DNA from: a virus
Lineage: Duplodnaviria; Caudoviricetes
Reading direction: 5' to 3' (one strand)
Virus record (IMG/VR): IMGVR_UViG_3300012933_000154
Span: 1 to 41,845 of that record
Length of the DNA: 41,845 bases
Made by a program: the position numbers and the translations under genes
The notes under the pieces: model-generated
Databases searched by the model: none
What the model saw: only the letters and a program-made list of their open reading frames with translations
Told to the model about the DNA's origin: nothing
In this document: piece after piece, positions 1 to 8,305 of the stretch
Position numbering within the stretch: position 1 is the stretch's first letter
Layout: each line of letters opens with the position of its first letter

Positions 1-9
1 GAACTAGGT

Positions 10-1113
10 TTATGAACCTGCACCAGTCGAAGCAACGGTACCGGTTGGAACCATGAAACCACCAGTTGCAACGTGACGGATTCGCATCTCGAAGTCGTCG
101 TTGTCGAATGAACCATCGCGTACAGGAACTGCACCGCCACCTAGGAATAGGCCGCCGTTTGCCTTCACACGAAGTTCAGGGGTCTCGTAACCGCGTAGGA
201 AGCCTAGGGCTACCGATGGGTTTAGAGTTGCTGATGGAACTGGGATTAGGAACCAGTACGCTGAAGCGCCTGAGTTGATCTTGGTGATCCAGTCGTTTAC
301 AACGATCTCAACCTGTGAACCGATTGGGTTTCCGGTAACGGTCGAGGTTACAACACCGCTAACGGTGGTCTCGGTGCGAACTTCCTGAATCGCAAGGATC
401 TTGCGAGCGGTCATCTCTAGCGAACGTGGGATAACCAGCGCGAAGCGGGTCACTGTCGAGATTAGGTTGCCGTTGTATGACTGCTTGTTAGCAGCCTCGA
501 TAGCAGCCTCTAGAGACTCTAGGGTTAGAGCAGCGTTTCCAGAAAGAAGGTTGCCGTTACCTGAGTTGAAGTTGGTGGTGTTTAGACCAGCAGCAGCAAC
601 AAGTTGCTTGGTAACTTCTTCGTCTTCCTTGCCAGCAGCCTTGATACCAAGTTCGATAGGTAGACGCTCAAGGGTTGAGATGTTGCCATCGTTGATGATA
701 GCCTCCCATGAGAAGCGAACACGCTGACCTGACTTCTTCAACTGAAGTGACTTCTCAGTAACTGAGAACCAACCTGCAGTAGGGTACTCGTCGTACTCGC
801 CAACGGTAGGAAGTGAACCATCGCGGAAAGAGTCTCCAGCGTTGTCCTTGCCGTCATCCTCGTACTTAAGGTTCATGAACTCCTGAGGACGGAAGTCGTC
901 AAGAACCATCTTGGTTGCAAACTTGTCCCAAACCTTAGGCTGTGCCTGGTAGTTCTCAAGAAGAATCTTGTTGATGGTTGGGGCCAACTGCACAGGAAGG
1001 TCAGAGGTGCTGATACCTTCCTGAAGAGCCAACTTGTCACGCTTGTCGCCGCGTAGCGCGCCTTCGAGAAGTTTTGCAGCCTCTACCTGACGTGAAGTAA
1101 TGTTCTCAGACAT
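10..1113 (-). CDS. Major capsid protein
   Basis: 367 aa, downstream of portal, protease/scaffold and cement genes; C-terminal 'GSFDNDDFEMRIRH' resembles Mu gpT-like/HK97-fold actinophage capsids; GAAAGG RBS upstream. Confidence 0.9.
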   Translation of the reverse strand: MSENITSRQVEAAKLLEGALRGDKRDKLALQEGISTSDLPVQLAPTINKILLENYQAQPKVWDKFATKMVLDDFRPQEFMNLKYEDDGKDNAGDSFRDGSLPTVGEYDEYPTAGWFSVTEKSLQLKKSGQRVRFSWEAIINDGNISTLERLPIELGIKAAGKEDEEVTKQLVAAAGLNTTNFNSGNGNLLSGNAALTLESLEAAIEAANKQSYNGNLISTVTRFALVIPRSLEMTARKILAIQEVRTETTVSGVVTSTVTGNPIGSQVEIVVNDWITKINSGASAYWFLIPVPSATLNPSVALGFLRGYETPELRVKANGGLFLGGGAVPVRDGSFDNDDFEMRIRHVATGGFMVPTGTVASTGAGS

Positions 1114-1126
1114 TATTTACCTTTCC

Positions 1127-1468
1127 TTACGCAGCCTGTGATAGACGAACGTAAACGTCGCCTGCCGAGGTGCCAGCCTTAGCCTTGACGGCGTGACCAA
1201 TGAACTTGTTACCAGAAGCGGTAACGTTGATAACTCCACCAGAAGTAACGTAAACTGCTGCGCCAACAGATACTGCTACTGAAGTGGTGAACTTGAAAAC
1301 GCCGTTGAACTTTAGAGTGGCGTAGTAGTTGCCATCCTCGCCAGCCTTAGCGTCGTGCTGTGCTACGCCAACTAGTGCGCCAACCTGAACCAAGTCGCCT
1401 GAGTTAACAGTGCTTGCAACAGGAAGGACGAGTTCGTTACCGTCTTTGTAAATCTCGTTAAGAGCCAT
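1127..1468 (-). CDS. Capsid cement/decoration protein (DUF2190-like)
   Basis: 113 aa, Gly/Val/Ala-rich, 'V.SGD.V.VG.LVGVA..D' and 'G.F.F' pattern; lies between scaffold and capsid genes. Confidence 0.8.
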   Translation of the reverse strand: MALNEIYKDGNELVLPVASTVNSGDLVQVGALVGVAQHDAKAGEDGNYYATLKFNGVFKFTTSVAVSVGAAVYVTSGGVINVTASGNKFIGHAVKAKAGTSAGDVYVRLSQAA

Positions 1469-1480
1469 TTACGATTTTCC

Positions 1481-2485
1481 TTACTTTTTCGCGATGCGCG
1501 AGGTAATAGCCTCGAACTCATCAGATAGCGAAGCAGACTTGTTAGCCGCTTCCTGAACAGTTCCAACAACAGCGTCAACTGATGAAGGGATTGCTGCGGT
1601 AAGAGCCTCGGCGTAAGCCTTCTCTTCTGCAACAAGTTCATCAACAGACTTGGTGTTGGTTTCGGACTTTAGTGCCTCAGCAACGCGGGTAAGCGCGATC
1701 TTTGGTAGTCCAGATTCGTTGAACTTCTCAGCAACTTCAACTGGGTCGAGCGCAGGAGCCTCATCTTCCACAGTCTCAGTTTCTCCCGCAGCAGCGTCAG
1801 CCTCTTCGGCAACAGCAGCAGACTCAATAAGAGTCACTACTGATTCGCGTAGCGGAGTGAGAGCCTCAACGAAGGTTGCCTTAACGTCAGCAATTGCTGC
1901 GTCAAACTCTTCCTTAGTAATAGACATATCTTCATTTTCCGTTTCTGATTCGGCTACAACAGTAGCGTCACCTTTTGATTTATAACTTTCGAGGAGAGAA
2001 ACAAACTTCCCACCTGCTCCGGCTACTGTTACCACATCGACACTAGTAAAAGGATCTGATACTAGAGATTCAACAATGGAACCTTCTCTGCCTTCAGCCT
2101 CGCCCTGATAGGCGACACCCATAGCATGAATTGAAAGACCTACGTCTCCAGCCATCTCCTTGATGATTGGGGCGTAGTGAGAATAAAACTCAACATCAGC
2201 GTACAAAGACTTGTCTGCTTCGTTGTAGTATGCGTCAGTGACTAGTTTACCAGCCAACTGGTGAACGTCACGCTCTGGGCGGTCAGAAGCCTCAGAAAGT
2301 GAAGGGTGGTTCATGTAAACCTTGGTGCCCTTAGTGAAAACACTAGGACCGAACTGTGCGAGCATCTCAGCACCGTAATAGCCTGAAGATCCCCAGCCAG
2401 ACTCAATAACCTTGACGTTCCACTTTTTTCCGCTAGAAGCAACAGCGGTAAAGCCGACACTCTCACTGAGATTTAAGCGTTCCAT
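1481..2485 (-). CDS. Capsid maturation protease/scaffold fusion
   Basis: N-terminal 'G.GSSGYY', 'YMNHP', 'GLSI', 'SVDVVTVAGAGG' motifs followed by an acidic helical scaffold-like C-terminal half; synteny. Confidence 0.8.
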   Translation of the reverse strand: MERLNLSESVGFTAVASSGKKWNVKVIESGWGSSGYYGAEMLAQFGPSVFTKGTKVYMNHPSLSEASDRPERDVHQLAGKLVTDAYYNEADKSLYADVEFYSHYAPIIKEMAGDVGLSIHAMGVAYQGEAEGREGSIVESLVSDPFTSVDVVTVAGAGGKFVSLLESYKSKGDATVVAESETENEDMSITKEEFDAAIADVKATFVEALTPLRESVVTLIESAAVAEEADAAAGETETVEDEAPALDPVEVAEKFNESGLPKIALTRVAEALKSETNTKSVDELVAEEKAYAEALTAAIPSSVDAVVGTVQEAANKSASLSDEFEAITSRIAKK

Positions 2486-2524
2486 GAAACTCCAATAGCG
2501 TTATGTATCATTACGTCAAAAATA

Positions 2525-2536
2525 ATGATACCACAG
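2525..2536 (-). promoter_or_regulatory. Putative late promoter, extended -10 (CTGTGGTATCAT)
   Basis: TG-n-TATCAT between portal and protease genes; identical 12-mer at 40039-40050. Confidence 0.55.
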
Positions 2537-2539
2537 CGC

Positions 2540-4048
2540 CTACAGGTTCTGATCGCGGAGTTCGTTATCGCCGTCAGCCATAGAACCAACAGTTCCAGAC
2601 TGGCCCTGACCTGGGGTCACACTGTCATTCGGAGTGTCAGTACCGTCATTGGTCTTAGTCTGAATGAAGTTTAGGTTGTTCGGAATCATGATGCCTTCAG
2701 GAGCGCCAACCTTAACCGGGGTGATGTCCAAAATGTCCAAGATAGCCTTACGGTACTCTTCCTTGTTCAAAGTGCCAGTCTCCCAAGCCATCGCCAAAGC
2801 CTGAACCATACGGTGAGTAGGCTCAGTCTCAATTGAAGGCCAAGTGATCTCCACATCAGCATCCATGCCATAGTTGCGCAGCACACGCTTGTAGAACAAA
2901 GACCAAGACTGCTGACGAGCCTCCATAGCCTTCTGGGTAGGAGTGTCCAAAGTCTGTGCGGTACCATAAGCGCCCGAAGAGCCCGGGTCAGAAAGCAAAG
3001 CAACAATTGAAACTTCCAAACCAGAAGCAATCATCGCAGCAATAGGCTTACCAGCATCAAAGTCGTAACCTGCACCAGCACGAGGCATAGGCAGTAGGTC
3101 GGTGTCAGCGCCCATAGCAGCAGTCGCACCAACGCGGTTCACGCCACCATCAGCAACCGCAATCTTCGCAGCAGCATTATTCACACCGGCACGAGTCTTA
3201 GACGACACCTTGTACGCAAACTGCGCCAAAGCCTTAGTCATAATAGTTCCATTTTCAAGGAACTCGCGGTACAATCTAGCCCAAGCCAAAACTGGCAGAG
3301 CGTCAGGGACACCAAAAGTCCAACCGATCTGACGGTTGAAACCGTGATAAAACATGGTCTTGTTAGCGTCAACAGGTTCAGCCTTGCCATTCACAACAAT
3401 GCTCGCACCAATACGACCAGTGTAAGCGTCAGTGTAATACCAGCGAACAACCTTCTTATCAGCCGAAACGTTGTTGCGCTGAGTCCACTCACGACGAACA
3501 GCCCAAATAACCTCGTTGTTATCCGGGTCAGTCATAACAGCAGTGATCTCCTCCAAAGAAACACGCATAGGTGCCTTCTTTGAGTCAATCAAAACAAAAA
3601 TATTGCCGTCAGTGTAGGCGGCAAGTTCCAACTCTTCCCAAGCAACAGCCGAGAACAAGTAACGCTCACTGAGCGAAGAATAAACCTTATTTTTCATCTG
3701 AGTGGTCATCTTAGGCAAACCCATGCCACGAGACCACACATAAGACGAACGCAACTTTGCGCCACGCTTCAACAACGGGTTTCCAACCACAAGTTCACGC
3801 AACTGTGCAGAAGCAGACTTAAGGCTGGCCAAATCCAAACCAGACTCCTGAGTATCATAGGTCGGATTCCAACCCTGATTGTCAATCATCATCGAAACAT
3901 TCGCCAAAGACTCCGACAACTCAAAGTTTTCGCTCTGCATACGCAAAAACGCGTTCTTCAACTGCGAAATCTCCGCATTTTCGCTCTGAAGTTGCGAAAA
4001 GTCCTCTTTTAACTGCGAAAGTTCGTCATTTTTTTTCATAAAACCCAT
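2540..4048 (-). CDS. Portal protein
   Basis: 502 aa directly after terminase; 'DGNIF' and 'FGVPD' portal-like motifs; synteny. Confidence 0.88.
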   Translation of the reverse strand: MGFMKKNDELSQLKEDFSQLQSENAEISQLKNAFLRMQSENFELSESLANVSMMIDNQGWNPTYDTQESGLDLASLKSASAQLRELVVGNPLLKRGAKLRSSYVWSRGMGLPKMTTQMKNKVYSSLSERYLFSAVAWEELELAAYTDGNIFVLIDSKKAPMRVSLEEITAVMTDPDNNEVIWAVRREWTQRNNVSADKKVVRWYYTDAYTGRIGASIVVNGKAEPVDANKTMFYHGFNRQIGWTFGVPDALPVLAWARLYREFLENGTIMTKALAQFAYKVSSKTRAGVNNAAAKIAVADGGVNRVGATAAMGADTDLLPMPRAGAGYDFDAGKPIAAMIASGLEVSIVALLSDPGSSGAYGTAQTLDTPTQKAMEARQQSWSLFYKRVLRNYGMDADVEITWPSIETEPTHRMVQALAMAWETGTLNKEEYRKAILDILDITPVKVGAPEGIMIPNNLNFIQTKTNDGTDTPNDSVTPGQGQSGTVGSMADGDNELRDQNL

Positions 4049-4052
4049 TCTA

Positions 4053-5585
4053 TCAGATAGGCAAACCGTTTCTTACGCCCATATCGAGCATTTCCCACGG
4101 ATCCATAGTCACCACAGTGCCCTGCTGATATAAAGCGTAAGGGTTATCCACAACAGCGCCAATCTCAGCACAGGCATAAACGGCAGCATCCAAATTGTCA
4201 GGAGATTTCATGCCACGGGAGCGCATATCGTCCTTAGACTCAATCTGAACACCACCCTTAGGGGAAAACTTGAACTTAATCATCAACATTTCGTCCAGCA
4301 ACTTCTCATCACGAGGGTCAATGTCCAGTTCGCGCTTCGCCATCTTCTCACGCATCTGGTCATAATACAAAGCACGAGCGTTCAACCAGCGAAGGGTATC
4401 AGGCGACTTACCTGAACCAATCATCGCCACAACCTTATAACCCTTACGGTCATAATTGCCATCATTCATCAAAATATCGATAACACCAGCACCAATACCA
4501 GAACCGTCAATACGAACCTCAGAAGCATTAGTATCAATCGCAATACGGTGAATACGCCCAGCCGTCTCAGTCAACGTAACCTTGTTCCACTTGTCATAAA
4601 GTCGCAGGCGGCCCTCATGGTTAGTGTAAACAGCGTTATAGTCGTCACCCATACGGGCAATGTCGACACCCAAAACGCAAGGCTTATCCAAGTTCTCCGG
4701 AACCTCAGTGTCCACAGCGCGATCAATGTTCGCCTGCGAGAAAAACATCGCATCCGACTCTTCAGGGAACTCAGCCAAAATCTTAGCCTTAAAGCGGGCC
4801 GAATCCTCACCCCACTGAATCTTCATATCCTCAACCCACTGCACCTGAGGCAGAAGGCTCGCCAACTTCTCAGAAACCGGCTCCCCCGTAAAGTTCGGGG
4901 TATCGTGTGCCGAAATGGTCAACTTAGTCCAAGTAGGGTCATTCTGTTTAAAAATGCGACCAAACGCAGTCTGAACATCATCAGGGTTAGCAATCGCCAA
5001 AATGCGACAATTCTCCGCAGTCGTATTAACTTCCGCAGCGGTAAAAATCATCTCAGGGCAACCAACAGCCTCATCAATCAAAAACATGACACCATCAGGT
5101 CGGTGCAAACCCTGAAACGCAGAAAAGTCCATGTCGGCAGGGCGGCGACCAAAAGCAATCTGCTTCTCAATGATACGCTTGTTACCCTTATCATCCACAC
5201 CCTCAACTGGGGTCTTCCACTGGTCATCCTGCGTAATCTTCCCAGGCAAACCATTCTCAACATAATGTTTACGGATTTCCTCCCACAAAATGTTATGCAC
5301 CTGGTTATAAGTAGGCGCAGTAGACACCACAAGGCTATTTGGGCCACGAGTACTAATCCACCAACAAGCAGCAATACCCATCGTGTAAGACTTACCAGTC
5401 GAGTGAGCAGACTTCACAGCCGTACGCTTATTCTGCGCCAAAGACATCAACATGTCTTTCTGCTTCGACCACAACTCGGCCCCCAGAACCTCCTCAGCCC
5501 ACAAAACCGGGTCGTTATAGTACAAGTCATTCTTAGACTTCTTACGGAGTACCTCTAGCGCCCCGTCAATAACCTCGTCAAGCAC
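4053..5585 (-). CDS. terL: Terminase large subunit
   Basis: Walker A 'SAHSTGKS', Walker B 'FLIDEA', motif III 'ANP', nuclease motifs 'LGVDIARMGDD' and 'SPDNLDA'. Confidence 0.95.
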   Translation of the reverse strand: MLDEVIDGALEVLRKKSKNDLYYNDPVLWAEEVLGAELWSKQKDMLMSLAQNKRTAVKSAHSTGKSYTMGIAACWWISTRGPNSLVVSTAPTYNQVHNILWEEIRKHYVENGLPGKITQDDQWKTPVEGVDDKGNKRIIEKQIAFGRRPADMDFSAFQGLHRPDGVMFLIDEAVGCPEMIFTAAEVNTTAENCRILAIANPDDVQTAFGRIFKQNDPTWTKLTISAHDTPNFTGEPVSEKLASLLPQVQWVEDMKIQWGEDSARFKAKILAEFPEESDAMFFSQANIDRAVDTEVPENLDKPCVLGVDIARMGDDYNAVYTNHEGRLRLYDKWNKVTLTETAGRIHRIAIDTNASEVRIDGSGIGAGVIDILMNDGNYDRKGYKVVAMIGSGKSPDTLRWLNARALYYDQMREKMAKRELDIDPRDEKLLDEMLMIKFKFSPKGGVQIESKDDMRSRGMKSPDNLDAAVYACAEIGAVVDNPYALYQQGTVVTMDPWEMLDMGVRNGLPI

Positions 5586-6088
5586 TACTCGCCACGCTCC
5601 CCAGCCAACTCATACTTAGCCTTCACCAAGCCCTCAGCAGCCAAACGATCCAACGTCCCCTTAGAAACCTCCGGGAACTGACGCAACAACTCCTTCTTCA
5701 TGTGCTCCAAAGCAATATCAAAAGCGCGCCCCATCAACTGACCCTGATGCTCAGTAACACGCAACACATCAACATCCAACTTCTTATTCTCAGCATCCAA
5801 ACGCGACCCAATAGTCGTCAAAGTCTGCAACAAAAGCCTCGCATGTTGCGGGTCCTTCAAATCCAACGAATTCTGACGCAACGAATCCTTCAACTCATTC
5901 AACTCATGCAACAACAACTGACGGCGCTCCAACTCCGTCCAAATGTCACGCCCCTCCAGCATCTTCTTAACGTGCATCACAGCCTGAGCAGCAGGCACAC
6001 CAGACTGACGCTCCATCTCCTGGCCCGAAGCCCCACTGGCAGCCAAACGGAGAAGGATCTCATCCAACACATTTACTTCTCTAGACAC
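5585..6088 (-). CDS. Putative terminase small subunit
   Basis: 167 aa, helical with N-terminal HTH-like segment; stop overlaps the terL start. Confidence 0.55.
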   Translation of the reverse strand: MSREVNVLDEILLRLAASGASGQEMERQSGVPAAQAVMHVKKMLEGRDIWTELERRQLLLHELNELKDSLRQNSLDLKDPQHARLLLQTLTTIGSRLDAENKKLDVDVLRVTEHQGQLMGRAFDIALEHMKKELLRQFPEVSKGTLDRLAAEGLVKAKYELAGERGE

Positions 6089-6270
6089 GCATCCACCTTC
6101 GCCTCAATCGCATCCAAACGCGACTTAAAATACAAACCCAACCCATCCAATACCTCAAGCACAGAAGGCTCAACCACCAACGGCTCCGAGACAGGCTCAT
6201 CAGCGATACCCCTCTCGCTGGATTTTTTATTAAAAAATTTTTCAGCATCCATAAAACTAGACACCCTCAC
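6073..6270 (-). CDS. Hypothetical protein
   Basis: ORF tiled in the terminase operon; start uncertain (may be the internal MDAEKFF). Confidence 0.5.
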   Translation of the reverse strand: MRVSSFMDAEKFFNKKSSERGIADEPVSEPLVVEPSVLEVLDGLGLYFKSRLDAIEAKVDACLEK

Positions 6271-6472
6271 TCAACTGGAAATCTTTAAACGCAACCAACG
6301 CACAGCCAAGGATGTCCCACACCTCAGCCTCATGCGGAGCCTCAAAAAAGACCACAAAATCATCATCAAACGTCGCAGAATAAACCACCGCAACCTCATC
6401 AGGATCTGGATCAACCAAAACAATCGACAACGAACGCGTCTCATTGAAATTCACATTAACCAAAAAGTTCAT
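6257..6472 (-). CDS. Hypothetical protein
   Basis: 71 aa acidic ORF at the head of the packaging operon. Confidence 0.55.
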   Translation of the reverse strand: MNFLVNVNFNETRSLSIVLVDPDPDEVAVVYSATFDDDFVVFFEAPHEAEVWDILGCALVAFKDFQLSEGV

Positions 6473-6584
6473 ACCACAACCCTACTACATAGTCAAATCG
6501 AAACACAGACACGGGGGAGGGGGGATCAAAAGTCCAAAAATGGCAAAACAACAGATACGGTTCCTAGATTCCGCCCGTAGCCAA

Positions 6585-6620
6585 AATCCAGCCATAAATT
6601 GATTTCTTTATGGCTGGATT
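6585..6620 (-). terminator. Hairpin after the amidoligase gene (terminator-like)
   Basis: Perfect 14-bp inverted repeat AATCCAGCCATAAA/TTTATGGCTGGATT with 8-nt loop, 11 nt beyond the amidoligase stop; short T tail. Confidence 0.6.
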
Positions 6621-6631
6621 CCAGCTCGTGA

Positions 6632-7480
6632 TTATTTGCGGTCGCGCAACATCTGGCGTAGGTGGTTCAGGTCTCGCGCGCCTCCGAGCCAGAAGACGCT
6701 CGCGTTGCCTTTGGCGAATTCGACAATCTCAATCAGCAACATTGCCCAAGCGCGAATCTTGGCGGTGTCGGTCTCGCCTGCGTGCTGACGGAATTCGATG
6801 GTCTTCGGGCGGTAACTGCCATCGTGAAAGTGGGTTGCGGTGTTTACGGCGCGGTATTTCTCCGAGCCGTAGCCTTGGCGTGCGTGGTCGCTGTCGGCTA
6901 GTCTCGGGGCTTGCGCGTAGTAAACGCCTTGTCTGCCTGCTAGGGGGTCGAGGATGTGCAGGGCTTGGCGGTATGCGCTGATTACTCGCGCAACCTGCTG
7001 TGGGGTCAGGTCGGCGCTTCCAATGTGGATGTGCAAGCCTGTCGAGTCGTTGGTTTCGCAATCGCTCAATCCTGACTCGGCGAGGATGGCGAGGGCTTCG
7101 GGGTGTGTGGTCGAGATTCCGCCGATGGATGTAATTTCTTGGTATTCGCCAGTTCCCGAGCAGGCAGAGCCTCCGCAATGGTCTAGCGAGGTATAGCCGT
7201 TGGTTAGGTCGCAATTATCGCAATCGCAAGAGTGTTCGCAGTCCGAGCAGTCGCACTCGCAGTCGTGGTCTCCATCGTTGCCACGCGTAACGCTTCCGTC
7301 TCCCTTGAATTCCAAGTTTTCGCGCATTAGCGCAAAGTCAATTCGGGCGTGCACATTGTCCGCGTCTGGGGTCTCGATTTCAAAGCCCCAAGTGCGTGGG
7401 GTCTCGGTCGGCTCGGCTTCGGCTAAAGCTTCGGCGTAGGTGTAGAACTGGCGAATTACTTCGTAGGTGTTGATGGTCAT
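6632..7480 (-). CDS. Putative amidoligase (COOH-NH2 ligase, Amidoligase_2-like) with Cys-rich insert
   Basis: Family motifs 'TWGFEIE', 'DGSV', 'EITS', 'TGLHIHIG', 'KYRAVN', 'KTIEFRQHAG'. Confidence 0.85.
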   Translation of the reverse strand: MTINTYEVIRQFYTYAEALAEAEPTETPRTWGFEIETPDADNVHARIDFALMRENLEFKGDGSVTRGNDGDHDCECDCSDCEHSCDCDNCDLTNGYTSLDHCGGSACSGTGEYQEITSIGGISTTHPEALAILAESGLSDCETNDSTGLHIHIGSADLTPQQVARVISAYRQALHILDPLAGRQGVYYAQAPRLADSDHARQGYGSEKYRAVNTATHFHDGSYRPKTIEFRQHAGETDTAKIRAWAMLLIEIVEFAKGNASVFWLGGARDLNHLRQMLRDRK

Positions 7481-7650
7481 TAGTTGCCTGCCTTTGGTAG
7501 TGATAGGGCGATGAGTGAGACTAGGGCGGTTGCTAGGGCGATTGCGGTTAGGTGTGGGGACTGTTCGCCGTCTGATAGGTAAAGCCCGAGGAATAAGCCT
7601 AGGTTCAGGGTGAACGCTAAGACTGTCGCTAGTTGGCGTAGTTCGCGCAT
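7480..7650 (-). CDS. Small two-TM membrane protein (56 aa)
   Basis: ATG at 7650 with AGAAAGG RBS; MRELRQLATVLAF... has two hydrophobic segments; TAATG coupling to the amidoligase gene. Confidence 0.7.
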   Translation of the reverse strand: MRELRQLATVLAFTLNLGLFLGLYLSDGEQSPHLTAIALATALVSLIALSLPKAGN

Positions 7651-7696
7651 TGGTGTTGCCTTTCTGTGTGGTCGGTGGGGCGGTTGCCTTACTCCA

Positions 7697-7725
7697 AGTT
7701 TACGGGGTTCCCCGATGTTGCACAA
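7697..7725 (-). promoter_or_regulatory. SigA-type promoter for the membrane protein/amidoligase operon
   Basis: TTGTGC-17 nt-TAAACT; spacer holds inverted repeat CGGGG-n2-CCCCG; tandem GACACGACAC upstream at 7751-7760. Confidence 0.65.
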
Positions 7726-7805
7726 GTCTTTATAGGGATTTTCTTTTGGCGTGTCGTGTCCCCTTATAGGGGCGTTTCTAGCTCGTGATTTATCGCTAGA
7801 TTTTA

Positions 7806-7821
7806 TCGAACAGATTTTCGA
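7806..7821. promoter_or_regulatory. LexA (SOS) box, one mismatch
   Basis: TCGAAC-AGAT-TTTCGA versus actinobacterial consensus TCGAAC-N4-GTTCGA. Confidence 0.6.
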
Positions 7822-7851
7822 AAATCCGGTCGAGCCGGGAACGACTATTTT

Positions 7852-7867
7852 TCGAACATTTGTTCGA
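7852..7867. promoter_or_regulatory. LexA (SOS) box, perfect consensus
   Basis: TCGAAC-ATTT-GTTCGA in non-coding DNA. Confidence 0.8.
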
Positions 7868-7935
7868 TAGCTGACGGCCGGCATTGCGCGGTTTTGTCTA
7901 GGGGGGGTTGACAGAATCCTGCCCCGATTTTCACG

Positions 7936-7979
7936 CTCTCAGCCGGCTCTCAGGAAACTCTCAGGAAACTCTCAGGGTT
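7936..7979. repeat. Four tandem 11-bp units with CTCTCAG core
   Basis: CTCTCAG at 7936, 7947, 7958 and 7969. Confidence 0.9.
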
Positions 7980-8047
7980 CTGCCCTGCGCGCGCGCCCGC
8001 GTATAAGCGCGCAAGCGAGCGAGCGAGCGCAAGTAGGTGCTACACCC

Positions 8048-8179
8048 AGCGCGAATTCCCAAATAGAGCGCGAGTGCCAGCGTCAGCGCGAATTCCCAAA
8101 TACTACGGCGAGCGCGTGCCCCAACGAGCGCGAATTCCCAAATAGGCAGGCGTGCAATGCCAGCGCGAATTCCCAAATA
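8048..8179. repeat. Four identical 18-bp direct repeats AGCGCGAATTCCCAAATA
   Basis: Copies at 8048, 8085, 8127 and 8162; spacers of 19, 24 and 17 nt. Confidence 0.95.
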
Positions 8180-8188
8180 TCGATCGAT

Positions 8189-8218
8189 TTGACACGATGG
8201 CCTGACACCTGCTAACTT
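8189..8218 (+). promoter_or_regulatory. SigA-type promoter
   Basis: TTGACA-18 nt-TAACTT with TG extension. Confidence 0.5.
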
Positions 8219-8270
8219 ACATTTCAGCAACAACCCCACGATGGTCTGACCCCCCTCAAACCGTTATGGC

Positions 8271-8299
8271 TTGACAGGTGACAACTTGTCCGGTAGAGT
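8271..8299 (+). promoter_or_regulatory. SigA-type promoter
   Basis: TTGACA-17 nt-TAGAGT. Confidence 0.7.
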
Positions 8300-8305
8300 T
8301 GTTGT

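Noticed and set aside
4548-6580. Long plus-strand ORFs 4548-5558 and 5702-6580 (likewise 36198-37469, and 13955-14629 on the minus strand)
   Set aside because: Antisense shadows of well-supported genes, with no RBS or protein motifs; explained by codon and strand bias
7908-7937. Promoter at TTGACA 7908
   Set aside because: No convincing -10 hexamer at 16-18 nt spacing
8048-8179. CRISPR array
   Set aside because: Repeats (18 bp) and spacers (17-24 nt) are too short, the spacers resemble each other, and there is no cas operon; kept as a repeat array
7651-8239. N-terminal extension of ORF 7480-7884 and ORF 7961-8239
   Set aside because: They run through promoter, SOS boxes and repeats; the repeated LGIRA/WEFAL peptides are just translated DNA repeats; a good RBS supports the 7650 start
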